Below are positions 19,658 through 30,933 of a DNA stretch of 64,000 nucleotides, in pieces. The stretch spans positions 6,887 through 70,886 of the forward strand of contig CAVUAG010000003.1 of assembly GCA_963739365.1 (NCBI GenBank), given 5' to 3'. This stretch comes from an uncultured Chloroflexia bacterium. Lineage in GTDB: Bacteria > Chloroflexota > Limnocylindria > Limnocylindrales > CSP1-4. A program made the position numbers and the translations under genes. Numbering within the stretch: position 1 is the stretch's first letter; each line of letters opens with the position of its first letter. Under the pieces are notes generated by a model. That model was not told the origin of the DNA. It was given only the letters and a program-made list of their open reading frames with translations, and searched no databases.

Positions 19658-19822
19658 TGGGCCGAGGCCATCGGGCTCGTCTCCATGTCGCCCGCCACGA
19701 CCGGCGCTCTCCGTCGCGGTCCGACGGGCGGGCAGCGGCCATTCTGGCACCGAACGGCCGGTCACACCGCCGGACGGGCCATCGCGCGGCCGGCCGTGGG
19801 CGAGGTCGCTACAGTTCCGCGG

Positions 19823-21044
19823 ATGCCACCCGCGTCGCGCCGTCGGGCGCTCGTCCTGATCTGCGCCGTCGCGGTCGCCGTGGCCACGAACTACACGATC
19901 CAGGGTCCCGTGCTGGGGTTCATCCGGGCCGAGTTCGCCCTGTCGTCGGCGGACGCTGGCATGATCGCCACGGCCTTCTTCGCCGGCGCGGCCACCACCA
20001 TGCTCGCCGGCGGCGCCATCGCCGACCGGATCGGCCCGCGGCCCGCGGTCACGCTCGGGTTCCTGCTCGTGACGCTCGGCGGCCTCGGCGCCGCCCTGCT
20101 GGCACCGACCTTCCCGGCCCTGCTGGGCTGGCGCATCCTGGGCGGCCTGGGCTCCGGGTTCGGCTTCGCCGCCGGCGCCGCGTACACGAGCGCGATCTTC
20201 GACGATCGCGGCCGCCATCTCGCCCAGGGCCTCTTCGGGGCGTCCTTCCTGCTCGGGTCGGGGATCACCCTGGTCTACATGCCCATCCTCGCCGGCCCGT
20301 CGGGCGACTGGCGGATCGCGTTCACGATCTCGGCGCTGGCCGTGGCCGCGGTCTGGGTGCTGTGGACGCTCCTCGCGCCGGGCGAGCCCCATGTCCGCGT
20401 CGCCACGCAGGCGCGGGCGGCGCTCGCCGTCGCTCTGCGCGAGCGCAACACCTGGCTGCTGGCGCTCTGCCACATGTGCGGCTTCGGGATGGCCATCGTC
20501 GTCGGCACGTGGGTCACCCTCTACCTGGTCGACGCCTTCGGGCTGCCCGTCGCGGCGGCCGGGCTGATCGGCTCGCTGACGCTCGTCACCGGGATCGCCG
20601 CCCGCGCGTCCGGGGGCGCCATCCTCGAGGGCGGGATGGGACCGATCCGCCTGATCCGGGCGGGGCTCGGCATGGCGATCATCGGGCTCGTGATGCTGGC
20701 CCTGGCACCGGCGCTCCCGATCGCGATCGTCGGTCTCGTGGTGACGGGCCTCGGGGTCGGCCTTCCGTACGCGGCCGTCTTCAACGGTGCCGCGGCGAGC
20801 GCGCGGTCGAGCCCTGCCTCGGCCCAGGCCATCGTGGGCTGGGGCGGCCTGCTCACCGCGGTCTTCGGCCCGCCCCTCGTCGGGATGCTGCTCGACGCGA
20901 CCGGCGACTTCGCTGCCGGCTTCCTGGTCTTCGCCAGCATCGTCCTGGTCGGTCCTGGCGCTGACGTCGCTGATTCGCCCCTTCGACATGACGGTCGGGG
21001 ACACCGCCACCGCGGACGCCTCGGGCGCCGGCATCGCCATCTGA
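19823..21044 (+). CDS. MFS transporter, C-terminal frameshift
   Basis: Start MPPASRRRALVLICAVAVAVATNYTIQGP..; 12 predicted TM segments. After about 20945 the frame shifts to ...LALTSLIRPFDMTVGDTATADASGAGIAI* (ORF 20787..21044). Confidence 0.65.
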
Positions 21045-21129
21045 GGCGCGGGACGGGGGCCGCATCGCCGTCGCGGGGGCGCCATCATTGGGGCAACGCG
21101 AATCCATCGCCACCCTCGGAGGCCGCACC

Positions 21130-22175
21130 GTGACCTACCAGCCCGCCGCCGATCGCTATGGCGCGATGACCTACCGCTTCTGCGGGCGCAGCGGCCTCCA
21201 GCTCCCGCTGCTCTCGCTGGGCCTCTGGCACAACTTCGGCGACACGACGCCGCTCTCGAACGCAGCGGGCGATGGTGCACACCGCCTTCGACCTCGGCAT
21301 CACCCACTTCGACCTGGCCAACAACTACGGCCCGCCCTACGGCAGCGCCGAGGTCAACTTCGGGCGGATCCTGCGCGAGGACCTGGCGAGCCACCGCGAC
21401 GAGCTGATCATCTCCAGCAAGGCCGGCTGGGACATGTGGCCGGGTCCGTACGGGCAGGGCGGCGGCTCGCGCAAGTACGTGCTCGCGAGCCTGGACCAGA
21501 GCCTGCGGCGGGTCGGCGTCGACTACTTCGACATCTTCTACTCGCACCGCTTCGACGCCGACACCCCGCTCGAGGAGACGATGGGCGCGCTGGCGACGGC
21601 CGTCCGCCAGGGCAAGGCGCTCTACGTGGGCATCTCGTCGTACTCCGCGCGCAAGACCCGCGAGGCGGCCGCCATCCTGCGCGCGGAGGGCGTTCCGCTG
21701 CTGATCCACCAGCCCAGCTACAACCTGCTCAACCGCTGGGTGGAGCCGGACCTGCTCGACGCGCTCGAGGAGCTCGGCGCCGGGATGATCGCGTTCACGG
21801 CGCTCGCCCAGGGCCTGCTGACCGACAAGTACCTCGACGGGATCCCGGCCGACGCGCGGATCAACCGTCCGGGCGGCGACTCGTTCGGGCGCGAGATGCT
21901 CTCCGCGGAGAACCTGGCCCGGGTCCGCGCGCTCAACGAGATCGCCCGGCGGCGCGGCCAGACGCTGGCCCAGATGGCGTACGCGTGGGTCCTGCGCGAC
22001 CCGCGGGTGACGACCACGCTGATCGGCGCCAGCTCGACCGAGCAGGTCCGCGAGAACGTCGGGGCGCTGGCCAACCTCGACTTCTCGCGCCGACGAGCTC
22101 GCCGAGATCGACCGGTACGCGGTCGAGAGCGGCGTCAACCTGTGGGAGAAGCCGAGCACGGACCAGCGGGTGTAG
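21130..22175 (+). CDS. aldo/keto reductase, Tas/YghZ (L-glyceraldehyde-3-phosphate reductase-like) family; two 1-nt frameshifts
   Basis: Colinear with E. coli YghZ over its whole length. N-terminus AADRYGAMTYRFCGRSGLQLPLLSLGLWHNFG in frame 1, shifted at tcgaacgc (about 21268) into ORF 21272 (QRAMVHTAFDLGITHFDLANNYGPPYGSAE...). A second shift at tcgcgccgac (about 22090) restores LDFSADELAEIDRYAVESGVNLWEKPSTDQRV* ending at 22175. Confidence 0.7.
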
Positions 22176-22245
22176 CCGGCGGGCGCCGCGACCCGGGGCG
22201 GTCGCAGGGCTGCGATCACGAGGCGGTGCCGGCCGGCGGACGCGC

Positions 22246-23541
22246 CTACCCCTCCTCGATCCCCGCCAGGACCCAGCTGGAACCGTCGGGGCCGTCGCGG
22301 ACCTCGACGCCGGCGGCCGCCAGCCGATCGCGGATGAGGTCGGCCGTGGCCCAGTCGTGGGTGTCGCGGGCGCGCCCGCGGAGCTCCAACAGCGCCGCCA
22401 CGAACGGCTCCAGCATCTCGCGCGGGTCGCGGGTTCCGGCCTCGGCGCGCTCGCCGAGGCGGGCGATGAGCGAGCGGAAGGTGGCATCGGCGTTGTCGAG
22501 GTCGGGGCTGTCCTCGCCGTGGCGAACGCGGGCGGAGATCGCCGAGTCGAGGTCGAGGAGCGCGCCGACGGCGGTCCGCATGTCGCCGCGGCCGAGGGCC
22601 TCGATGAACGAGCCCTCCAGCTCGGCCATCGAATCCAGGAGGGGAGCGACAACCACCGCCGCGCTGGCGCCCGCGGTCGCAGGGCGCCCGGCCCCGAACT
22701 CCCCGTCGACGTCAACGGTCTTGCCGGCTGCGAGCTCGCGGGCCGCGTCGCCGAAGGCGTCGATCGCCACCTCGCTGCCGGTCGTGAACACGGCGCTCCG
22801 CCCGGCGACGCGGACGGTGGCCCCGCCGAGGCCGGAAACGGCGGCCGTCCCGGCCTCGAGGTCCAGCACGAGCGCGGTGTGGCTGTCCACGCCGAGGATG
22901 AAGGCACCGTCTGGCAGGGCCGCCTCCAGCATCCGCAGGCGCCGCTCGCCCATGTAGCAGAAGCGAGTGTCGTGCGTGCCGCCCTCGGCGTTGTCGTAGT
23001 GGGGGACGACGGCCGCACGCAGGCCGGTCGCCCGGCCCAGCAGGTCGAGCCCCTCGAGCCAGCGCGGCTCCTCCCCGACCTTGTAGACCTCGTAGACGGG
23101 GATCGTGACGACGCCGACGGTGAGGGCGGCCGCGCTGGCCATCGTGAGGACCCCGCCGTCGGCCAGCTTGGCAGCCAGGGCGTCGGGGATCGGCCCGCCG
23201 GCCCACTGCCGGAGGGCGTAGCTCGGGCTGCCCGGCCCGGCCATGAGGTAGCGCGCTTCACGGACCCGGGCGACCGCCGTGGCCAGGACCAGGCCGTGAA
23301 CCTCGCGCGAGCGGTACGAGGCGACGGCGACCGGCCGTCCCACGCTCGTGGCGAAGAACTCGATCGTGCGGCTGCTCAGCTCGTCGGCGTTCTCCTGGAA
23401 GCCGTACGGGGTGTCCAGGATCGCTGCCGGAATCGGCGCGGCGCCGGACCCGAGGCGCTCGAACAGGGCGCGGTGAACCTTGGCCATCGTGGGCGCGGTC
23501 TCGCCTGAGCCCATGATCGCGAGGATCCGCGGCCCGGTCAC
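22246..23541 (-). CDS. S51 peptidase/class-I GATase-like domain fused to a cysteinyl-tRNA-synthetase-type C-terminal domain
   Basis: Intact 431-aa ORF. N-terminus [13 protein letters not shown]... (peptidase E/cyanophycinase-like); C-terminus [33 protein letters not shown] resembles the CysRS/MshC C-terminal domain. Confidence 0.55.
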   Translation of the reverse strand: MTGPRILAIMGSGETAPTMAKVHRALFERLGSGAAPIPAAILDTPYGFQENADELSSRTIEFFATSVGRPVAVASYRSREVHGLVLATAVARVREARYLMAGPGSPSYALRQWAGGPIPDALAAKLADGGVLTMASAAALTVGVVTIPVYEVYKVGEEPRWLEGLDLLGRATGLRAAVVPHYDNAEGGTHDTRFCYMGERRLRMLEAALPDGAFILGVDSHTALVLDLEAGTAAVSGLGGATVRVAGRSAVFTTGSEVAIDAFGDAARELAAGKTVDVDGEFGAGRPATAGASAAVVVAPLLDSMAELEGSFIEALGRGDMRTAVGALLDLDSAISARVRHGEDSPDLDNADATFRSLIARLGERAEAGTRDPREMLEPFVAALLELRGRARDTHDWATADLIRDRLAAAGVEVRDGPDGSSWVLAGIEEG

Positions 23542-23616
23542 GCGAAGAACCCGTTCGTCGTCATCTCCAGCATCACGTCAGCCAGCTCGTGCGGATGCTG
23601 CGCATGAACATCGTGG

Positions 23617-24494
23617 TCACCGGCGAGCCACCGGACCTGGACCCTGGAGATCGCGGCTGCTGCCGCCTCGACATCCCGGCGCTTCCTTCGTGTCCGGTCC
23701 GAGGCGGCCTCGTCGGGCCGGGAGCCGCCAGTCGCTGACGGCCGGCACGAGGAGGACGGGGACGCCGATGCTCGCGTATCGCGTCGAGGGGTGGTGCTCC
23801 CACAGCCCGCGCAGCACCTCGATGTGGCGCTCGTACGTCAGCCACGGCGCGATGGTGCCGTCGGGCCGGACCTCGAAGTTGGCGAGGACGCCGCGGATGC
23901 CGCTCTCGGGCCAGTCGGGATGGGCGGAGCGCACGTATCCTTCGACCTCCTCCAGCCGGCGCCCGAGCAGCCGCGGTGGCGCGAGCGCCGACCGGCAGGC
24001 ATCCCAGCCGGCGAACTCGCGGCCCAGCTCCAGCCAGCCGCCGTCCACGCAGACGATCCCCCGGACGAGGTCCGGGTGCCGTCCGGCGAGCTCGACGGCG
24101 ACGTTCCCGCCCCACGACTGTCCGGCCACGACCGGCCGGTCCAGGTCGAGCGTGCTCGATGAGCGTCGCCAGGTCGCCGGCGACCGTGGGTACGTCGAAG
24201 GGCCCGTCCGGCTTCGACGATCGACCGTGGCCCCGCAGGTCCACGGTCAGGGCCGTGACGCCGGCCTCGCCCAGGCGGTCGGCGACGCCGTCCCACATGC
24301 GCGCGTTCGAGGCGAGGCCGTGGACCAGGAGGATACGGTGGCGGGCGTACGGAACGGGGCGACTCGGGGCGTGGGCGACGCGGCGGCGTTGCGGGGCCGG
24401 CCGTGGCTCCTGCGACGACCTCGGCCGCCGCGGTGACACCGGGCGGCCACGTGTCGACGGCGAGCTCCACCCCGTCGGCAACGGCGATCCAGTC
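23617..24494 (-). CDS. alpha/beta hydrolase, frameshifted
   Basis: MRTDWIAVADGVELAVDTWPP (ATG 24494) then ILLVHGLASNARMWDGVADRLGEAGVTALTVDLRGHGRSS (frame 23573..24808), then nucleophile AGQSWGGNVAVELAGRHPDLVRGIVCVDG (ORF 23617..24129). Confidence 0.5.
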
Positions 24495-24635
24495 TGTTCG
24501 CATCGGGGAGATGGTAGTCGGGCCCGTCCCGTCCGGCCTCCCGAGCGCGGCGGCCCCCTGCGTCGGCGGCGGCCCGGAGTCTCCTCCACGCGCGACGAGG
24601 CGTACGCTGAGGCACCGCGCCATCGGAGGGTCACC

Positions 24636-25115
24636 ATGCAGATCGAGGACAAGCTCCGCGCCCTGGGCCTCGTGCTCCCGCCGCCGGTCGAGCCGCCACC
24701 GGGCGTCCGGCTTCCGTTCACGCCGGTGCGCGTGATCGGCGATCGAGCGTACGTCTCGGGCCACGGTCCGCAGAACGCGGATGGCTCGATCGCCGGCCCG
24801 TTCGGCAAGGTCGGGGCGGACGTGACGGTCGAGGAGGGCTACCGCGCGGCACGGCTCACCGTCCTCTCGATGCTCGGCAGCCTCGCCCGCGAGCTGGGAG
24901 ATCTCGACCGGATCGTCGCCTGGGTGCGCGTCTTCGGGATGGTGAACTCGGCCCCGGGGTTCACGAGCCAGCCTGCCGTCATCAACGGCTTCTCCGACCT
25001 GGTCCTGGAGCTGTTCGGGCCAGCCGGGGCGCACGCCCGCTCCGCGGTCGGGATGGCGGAGCTCCCGTTCAACCTGCCCGTGGAGCTCGAGGCCGAGGTC
25101 CAGGTCGCGCCCTGA
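24636..25115 (+). CDS. ridA: RidA/YjgF/TdcF-family (L-PSP) protein
   Basis: 159 aa from MQIEDKLRALGLVLP to ...ELPFNLPVELEAEVQVAP, with a GGAGGG Shine-Dalgarno 6 nt upstream. Confidence 0.8.
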   Translation: MQIEDKLRALGLVLPPPVEPPPGVRLPFTPVRVIGDRAYVSGHGPQNADGSIAGPFGKVGADVTVEEGYRAARLTVLSMLGSLARELGDLDRIVAWVRVFGMVNSAPGFTSQPAVINGFSDLVLELFGPAGAHARSAVGMAELPFNLPVELEAEVQVAP

Positions 25116-25121
25116 CGACCG

Positions 25122-25187
25122 GGCGACACCCGGCCGGGGCGGTGGCGACACACGGCCGGGACCGGGGCGACACCCGGCCGGGGCCGT
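25122..25187. repeat. three imperfect 22-bp direct repeats (GGCGACACCCGGCCGGGG core) downstream of ridA
   Basis: Copies at 25122, 25144 and 25166; non-coding; a REP-like or terminator-like element. Confidence 0.4.
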
Positions 25188-25624
25188 GGTCAACCCGTCG
25201 CAGACCGCGGCCCACCCGCGGGCTCGCCCCCTTGCGCCCGGGTGGGACAATTGGGCCATCAACCTCCACTCCCCGGGCTGCCGGGCCGACGTCTCGGAGG
25301 TGCGACAGTGACGATGCCCTGGGTCCCTGGACCCGTTCCGCGGCCTCGCCGGCACTTGGGCTCGGCGCTCCTGGCCACGGCCGACGCATCGCGTGGCACT
25401 GCGAATCTCCTGACCCGACCCCGCGCCGGGAACATCTCGAGTGACACCCGCGCCGGCCTCCCCGGGCGGGCGATGGCCTGGGGCCGTCCGTCCGCCCGCA
25501 GACACGAACCATGAGCCGGCGACCTCGCCTCCCTCGATGGGAACCAGCTGGGGCGCCGGCTCTCTCACGCCCGGCAGGGATGCCCGGGCGGAGTGCGGGT
25601 GACACGGGCGGTACTCTTGCACTC

Positions 25625-26038
25625 ATGTCGGCCGCCCGGTTCCCCATCCGTCTCGGCGCGCGGTCCCGGCCGCTTCTTCGAGTCTTCGGTGTGCGACCTG
25701 GCAACGCCTACGTGGACCTCGATGGCGGTTTCGACGCCCACTTCGGCCGCTTCCGGGCGCAGACGCCGGTCGACAACATCGTCTCCTGGCGGATCGAGGG
25801 GCCGTGGCGCTGGATCACCGCGATCGGCGTGCGGCGAAGCCTCCGCCATGGGGACCTGACGTTCGGCGGGAACCACAGGGGCGGGGTCCGGGTGGACTTC
25901 CGCGAGCCCGTGCGCATCTCCGCGCTGCGCGTGCCGGCGCTCTACGTGACGGTCGAAGACCTCGAAGGGCTTGCTGCCGCCCTCGCCGCACGGGGCATCC
26001 CGGGCGAGGACGCCCGGACGGGTGCCACGAAGCCATGA
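25625..26038 (+). CDS. hypothetical protein
   Basis: ORF 25511..26038; diverse composition (MSAARFPIRLGARSRPLLRVFGVRPGNAYVDLDGGFDAHFGRF...); stop overlaps the next start (ATGA). Confidence 0.4.
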   Translation: MSAARFPIRLGARSRPLLRVFGVRPGNAYVDLDGGFDAHFGRFRAQTPVDNIVSWRIEGPWRWITAIGVRRSLRHGDLTFGGNHRGGVRVDFREPVRISALRVPALYVTVEDLEGLAAALAARGIPGEDARTGATKP

Positions 26039-26388
26039 AGGCGACGCTCGTCGCGTTCGGCCTTCTCGAGATCGATGGTGTGCGCTTCGAACGGGACGTC
26101 GTGATCGACCGCGGGCGCGTGAGAAAGCGGGACAAGAAGGCCTCGAAGCCGCTCCGCGATCGCTACGGCCACACGCCGCTCAGCCTGCTCGAGCCGATCC
26201 CGTGGAGATGCCGCCGGCTGATCGTCGGCAGCGGCGCGGACGGCGCCCTGCCGATCGAGGATGCCGTCTTCGACGAGGCGGTCCGGCGGGGCGTCGAGCT
26301 GGTCGCCGCACCGACCGTCGAGGCGTGCGAGCTGCTCGCCGACGCGGACCTGGCGACGACGAACGCGATCCTCCACGTCACCTGCTGA
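26034..26388 (+). CDS. Mth938-like (NDUFAF3-like) domain protein
   Basis: MKATLVAFGLLEIDGVRFERDVVIDRG...YGHTPLSLLEPIPWRCRRLIVGSGADGALPIEDAVFDEAVRRGVELVAAPTVEACELL; the fold assignment is pattern-based. Confidence 0.45.
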
Positions 26389-26474
26389 CGGGGCCAGGCG
26401 GTCGCCGGGGCCGCCGCGGGCGGCGGCCGGGCTGCCGCGGGACGGCGTTCGGCTCCGTCGCGCATACTCGTCCC

Positions 26475-27927
26475 ATGCGGATCCTCATCGTGGGCGCCAG
26501 CGGCTACATCGGCGGACGCCTCGTCCCCCTCCTCGACGCCCGCGGTCACGACCTCGTTCTCATGAGCCGCGACGCCCGGCCCCTGGCCGCCCGCTTCCCC
26601 GACGCGCGCGTGATCGCCGCCGATCTCCTCGCCGCTGAGACCCTCGCCCCGGCGCTCGAAGGGATCGACGTCGCCTACTACCTGGCCCACTCGATGGGGG
26701 CCGGCGAGCGCGGCTTCGCCGAGCGGGACCGGCAGGCGGCCCGCAACTTCGCGCAGGCCGCCGCTCGCGCCGGAGTCTCCAGGATCGTCTACCTCGGCGG
26801 GCTGGGCGATGACGCGGCGGACCTCTCCCACCACCTCGCCAGCCGCCACGAGACGGGTGCCGAGCTCGCTGCGTCACGGCGTGCCGGTCACCGAGTTCCG
26901 GGCCGCGGTGATCATCGGGTCCGGCAGCGCGTCCTTCGAGATCCTGCGCCACCTGACCGAGCGACTGCCGATCATGATCACGCCGCGCTGGGTGGGCACG
27001 CTCTGCCAGCCGATCGGCATCGGCGACGTGCTCGACTACCTGGCTGGCGCCCTCGACCACCCCGAGGTCGTCGGGATCGTCGAGATCGGCGCCCCCGACG
27101 TTCTCTCGTACGGCGACATGATGCGGACCTACGCCCGGCTGCGCGGACTGCGCCGCCTCATGATCCCGGTCCCGGTCCTGACGCCGCGCCTCTCCTCGTA
27201 CTGGGTCAACCTCGTCTCGCCGGTCCCGGCGGGGATTGCCCGGCCGCTCATCGAGGGCCTTCGCAACGAGGTCGTGGTCCGTGAGCCGCGACCGGCCGCG
27301 TCCTTCGGCCTGGCGCCGCTCCCGTTCGCCGATGCGCTCCAGCGGGCGATCGACCGGACGGACCGCCACGACGTGGAATCGACCTGGTTCGACGCGCTGG
27401 CCGCCCCCGACAGGGCGAGCCTGTCGTCGGTGACGTCTCGCGAAGGGATGATCGTCGAGCGCCGGCAGCGAACCATCGCAGCGCCGCCAGACCGGGTCTT
27501 CGCCGAGGTCGAGCGCCTCGGCGGTGATGCTGGCTGGCCCTACGCGAACCTCCTGTGGCGCGTGCGCGGCCTGGCGGACCGGGCGGTCGGCGGCGTCGGC
27601 ATGCGCCTGGGGCGCCGCGACCCCGACCACCTGCGCGTCGGCGACGCGCTGGACTTCTGGCGGGTCGAGGTGGTCCGCAGGCCGACGCTTCTCCGACTGC
27701 GGGCCGAGATGAAGGTGCCCGGACGCGCCTGGCTCCAGTACGAGGTGACGCCGACCGAGGGCGGCAGCCGTCTCGTCCAGACCGCCTTCTTCGAACCGAA
27801 GGGACTCCCTGGCCTGGCCTACTGGTACGTGCTCTATCCGGTCCACGGCCTGATCTTCCGCGGCTCGGTACGCATCCTCGCCGAGCGCGCCACGCGTTCT
27901 GCCGGCGACGTGCCACCGGCCGGCTGA
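26475..27927 (+). CDS. NAD(P)H-binding (NmrA/atypical SDR) domain protein with C-terminal DUF2867, frameshifted
   Basis: MRILIVGASGYIGGRLVPLL (Rossmann GxxGxxG) to ...HLASRHETGAELAAS, then ORF 26809..27927 (VPVTEFRAAVIIGSGS ... DUF2867-like C-terminus WRVEVVRRPTLLRLRAEMKVPGRAWLQYEV). Confidence 0.6.
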
Positions 27928-28178
27928 ACACGGAACGGACCCGGGCCGCCCGAGAATGGGAAGGCGACGCGGGCCCGTTGCGGCCGGGAGACCGGGAGGA
28001 GGTCGGTCGTCCGGCGAGAGAGGGGACGCGGGGAGGGGCCGCGTTCCGTGACCCGGATTCAGCCACCTGGACCTGAAGCAATCCTGAAAGCAGCCGCGCG
28101 CGCTCGAGGTGCCGCGCGGCTCGCGGTGATCGCCGGTGCAGCGTGCGCTGGTATGGTGCGCAGGTGGAGCGCGTGACG

Positions 28179-29054
28179 ATGGAGGAGCACTCGGCGCCGC
28201 CCCGGTCGCCTCGGCGCCTGCGCGCGCGCTGGCTGGGCCGCGTCAGGTATCGCGACGCGTGGGCGCTCCAGCAATCCCTCGCAACGGCGCGCGCGGACGG
28301 GACGCTCGACGAGGACCAGCTCCTGCTCCTCGAGCACGACCCGGTGCTCACGCTCGGCCGCAATGCCAGCGAGGCCCACGTCCTGGCGCTGCCTGCGCTC
28401 CTCGCCGAGCGCCGGATCGAGGTGCTGCGCGTCGAACGCGGCGGCGAGGTGACGTACCACGGCCCCGGCCAGCTCGTGGCGTATCCGATCGTCGCCCTCG
28501 CGAAACCGGGCCCAGCAGGCTCGGGGCACGTGGCGGGCTCGCCTCCGGCCGCGCGTCCGATCGGGGTCCGCGCCTTCGTGGAGGCGCTCGAGGGCGCGAT
28601 GGTCGACACCTGTGCCGCCGCCGGGATCGGCGCAGGGTCGCGGCCCGGCCACCCCGGCTGCTGGGTCGGGGTGGAGACGCCGCTCCCGCGCAAGATCGGG
28701 GCCCTTGGGATCCGCGTCGCCCGCGGGGTGAGCTTCCACGGGATCGCCCTCAACGTGACCACCAACCTCGCCGACTTCGACCTCATCGATCCATGCGGGA
28801 TGCCGGGGCTCCGCTCCACCTCGATCGCCCGCGAGCAGGCCCGCGCGGGCCTTCCCGGCGCGGACGCGGACACGGCGCCGACCACGGAGAGCGTCGCGGA
28901 GGCCGCTTCCGCGTTCGCACCGGCCCTCGCGAGGCGCCTCGGCCTCGAGCTCGTCGGCGACATCCCGCCCGGCGGCGGTGCATGGTCGGCCACGGGGGCG
29001 GCGGCGCCCGACGGTGTCGCCAGGGCCCGCGACCTCGAGGGAGTCGCCCGATGA
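28179..29054 (+). CDS. lipB: lipoyl(octanoyl) transferase
   Basis: RGGEVTYHGPGQLVAYPIV, KIGALGIRVARGVSFHGIALN; the stop overlaps the next ATG. Confidence 0.75.
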   Translation: MEEHSAPPRSPRRLRARWLGRVRYRDAWALQQSLATARADGTLDEDQLLLLEHDPVLTLGRNASEAHVLALPALLAERRIEVLRVERGGEVTYHGPGQLVAYPIVALAKPGPAGSGHVAGSPPAARPIGVRAFVEALEGAMVDTCAAAGIGAGSRPGHPGCWVGVETPLPRKIGALGIRVARGVSFHGIALNVTTNLADFDLIDPCGMPGLRSTSIAREQARAGLPGADADTAPTTESVAEAASAFAPALARRLGLELVGDIPPGGGAWSATGAAAPDGVARARDLEGVAR

Positions 29055-30079
29055 CCGCTGGCCTCTTCGAGCTTCGTCGTGACGCGATCACCGGCTGGTG
29101 GGTCGCCACCCTGGTCGATCGCGAGTTCGACCGCAGCCGGTTCATCACGAGCGCCGAGCCCGTCGACGACCATGGAGACTGCTTCAACTGCCGGATCCCG
29201 CCGGGCGACGGCGTCCGCACCCGGATCCTCAAGGACTTCGCATTCCGCACGGTGGGCACCGAGGCGGAGGCTCGCGAGGCCGAGAAGAGCGTCGCCCAGA
29301 TCGCCCTGGCGCAGGCACGCGCGGCCGGGAGCTGGCGCACGATCGTGGCCCCGCCGGGGGAGCATCGACCTCTTCATTCGGTCGGCATCGGGCTGATCAG
29401 CGAGATGCTCGCCGCCGCGCGGGCGGCCGTCGCGGAGGCCGGGCGAGTCGGCCAGACGGCCTACCTCCAGGTCCTCCAGAACTGGGGGCGCCAGGCGGGA
29501 TCACGGACGAACCACCTCTGCCTGGATCTCTATGACCTGCCCCAGATCCCGCACGAGGTGGCCGAGGAGATCGGCGGCGCGGCCCGCTTCGTCATCCGCG
29601 AGAGCGAGTGCCCGTATTGCCGGGCCGTCCGGGTCGAGCGGGAGCGCGGCACGCGGTTCATCTGGGAGGACGCCGCGTCGATCGCGTTCGCCCCGTTCGC
29701 CTCTCGTTCGCCGTTCGAGGTCTGGATCGTCCCGCGGCGCCACGAGGCCGACTTCGGGCGGGCGAGCGATGCGGACCTGGCCTCCACCGCGGAGGGGCTT
29801 CGCCAGGTCCTGGGCCGCCTGGACCTCCTCGGCGGGCCGCCGTACAACCTCGTGCTCCACACGGCGCCCGTCACCGGGCAGGTCGACGCGACGTACCACT
29901 GGCACTGGGAGATCCACCCGCGGCTCCGGGAGATCGCCGGCCTGGAGCTCGGGACGGGGCTCCCGGTGAACTCCGTGAGCCCCGAGGAGGCGGCCGACCA
30001 GCTGGTTCGCGGTCTCGGCCGGAACGCCGACGACGACCGACCCGACCCGCGGCCCGGGCGACCCGGAGGCCGGCCGTGA
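29051..30079 (+). CDS. GalT-like HIT-superfamily nucleotidyltransferase (galactose-1-phosphate uridylyltransferase / ADP-glucose phosphorylase family)
   Basis: Zn-site Cys pairs CFNCRIPPGD and CPYCR; H-phi-H-phi-Q motif YHWHWEIHPRL. Confidence 0.65.
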   Translation: MTAGLFELRRDAITGWWVATLVDREFDRSRFITSAEPVDDHGDCFNCRIPPGDGVRTRILKDFAFRTVGTEAEAREAEKSVAQIALAQARAAGSWRTIVAPPGEHRPLHSVGIGLISEMLAAARAAVAEAGRVGQTAYLQVLQNWGRQAGSRTNHLCLDLYDLPQIPHEVAEEIGGAARFVIRESECPYCRAVRVERERGTRFIWEDAASIAFAPFASRSPFEVWIVPRRHEADFGRASDADLASTAEGLRQVLGRLDLLGGPPYNLVLHTAPVTGQVDATYHWHWEIHPRLREIAGLELGTGLPVNSVSPEEAADQLVRGLGRNADDDRPDPRPGRPGGRP

Positions 30080-30227
30080 GCAGCCCGTCGATTCGACTGG
30101 GTCGAGGACGTCACACGCCCCCGGCGCCCATCGTCAACTGGCCGAATCGCGGGAAGCGCCCGCCCTGCGTTGCCGCTCCGGAGGCTCTGTGCTCGTCGAT
30201 CTCTCGCTCCGCTGGGGAGTGCGCCCG

Positions 30228-30933
30228 GTGATCCCGGGTCGCGACATCCCGACGCCGGAGCCGGACGAGATCCCGGCGCTTCTCGAGGCACCCGCCGATG
30301 CAGCGGTCACAGCCGACCCGGCCGTCGCCGGCACGTCGGCGGCAGCGCTCCCGGTCGATCCCATCGCGGCGCGCGCGTTCATCGAAGGGCTCTTTGCCCA
30401 GCACCAGCGCGAGATCTACTCGTACCTGGTCCGGATGCTCCGCGACCCGGAGCTGGCCGCGGACTTGACCCAGGACGCCTTCGTCCGGGCATACCGGGCC
30501 CATGCGGATCTCGAGGACCTCACGCAAGGCGCGGGCCTGGCTCTACCAGATCGCCCATCGCGTTGCCCTCGACGAGATCCGCCGGCGCAAGATCATCCGC
30601 TTCGTGCCGTGGACCGGCGAATCGCGCGGCGCCTCGCCGTCGGCGGAGCGCCTCGTTCTCGACGCCCGGCTCTCCGGCGACCTCGAGCGGGCACTGCGGC
30701 GCATCCCCGAGCGCCAGCGCTCCGCCCTGCTCCTGGCCGAGGTTCACGAGATGACCGGGCTGGAGCTCGCCGCCGCGCTCGGCACGTCACACATCGCGGC
30801 GCGAGCACTCCTCACGCGAGCCCGCGAGAGCCTCCGCCGGGCGCTCGCCGAGGAGAAGGCCGCGACCGTCGAGCGGGAGGCCGCTGCCGGCCTCTCCTCG
30901 CGACCCGATCAGCCCGGGGAGGCGCGCCGATGA
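30228..30933 (+). CDS. ECF (sigma-70 family) RNA polymerase sigma factor, one frameshift
   Basis: Region 2 (REIYSYLVRMLRDPELAADLTQDAFVRAYRA) in the ORF 30189 frame; region 2.4/4 (ARAWLYQIAHRVALDEIRRRK...RIPERQRSALLLAEVHEMTGLELAAALG) in ORF 30502..30933. The shift is near 30525; the start is uncertain. Confidence 0.65.

Noticed and set aside
19658-22219. Remainder of the 966-aa minus-strand ORF 19319..22219
   Set aside because: Only the last 339 nt encode a recognisable NifX-like protein. The rest is antisense to the MFS and AKR genes and is low-complexity R/G/A/P.
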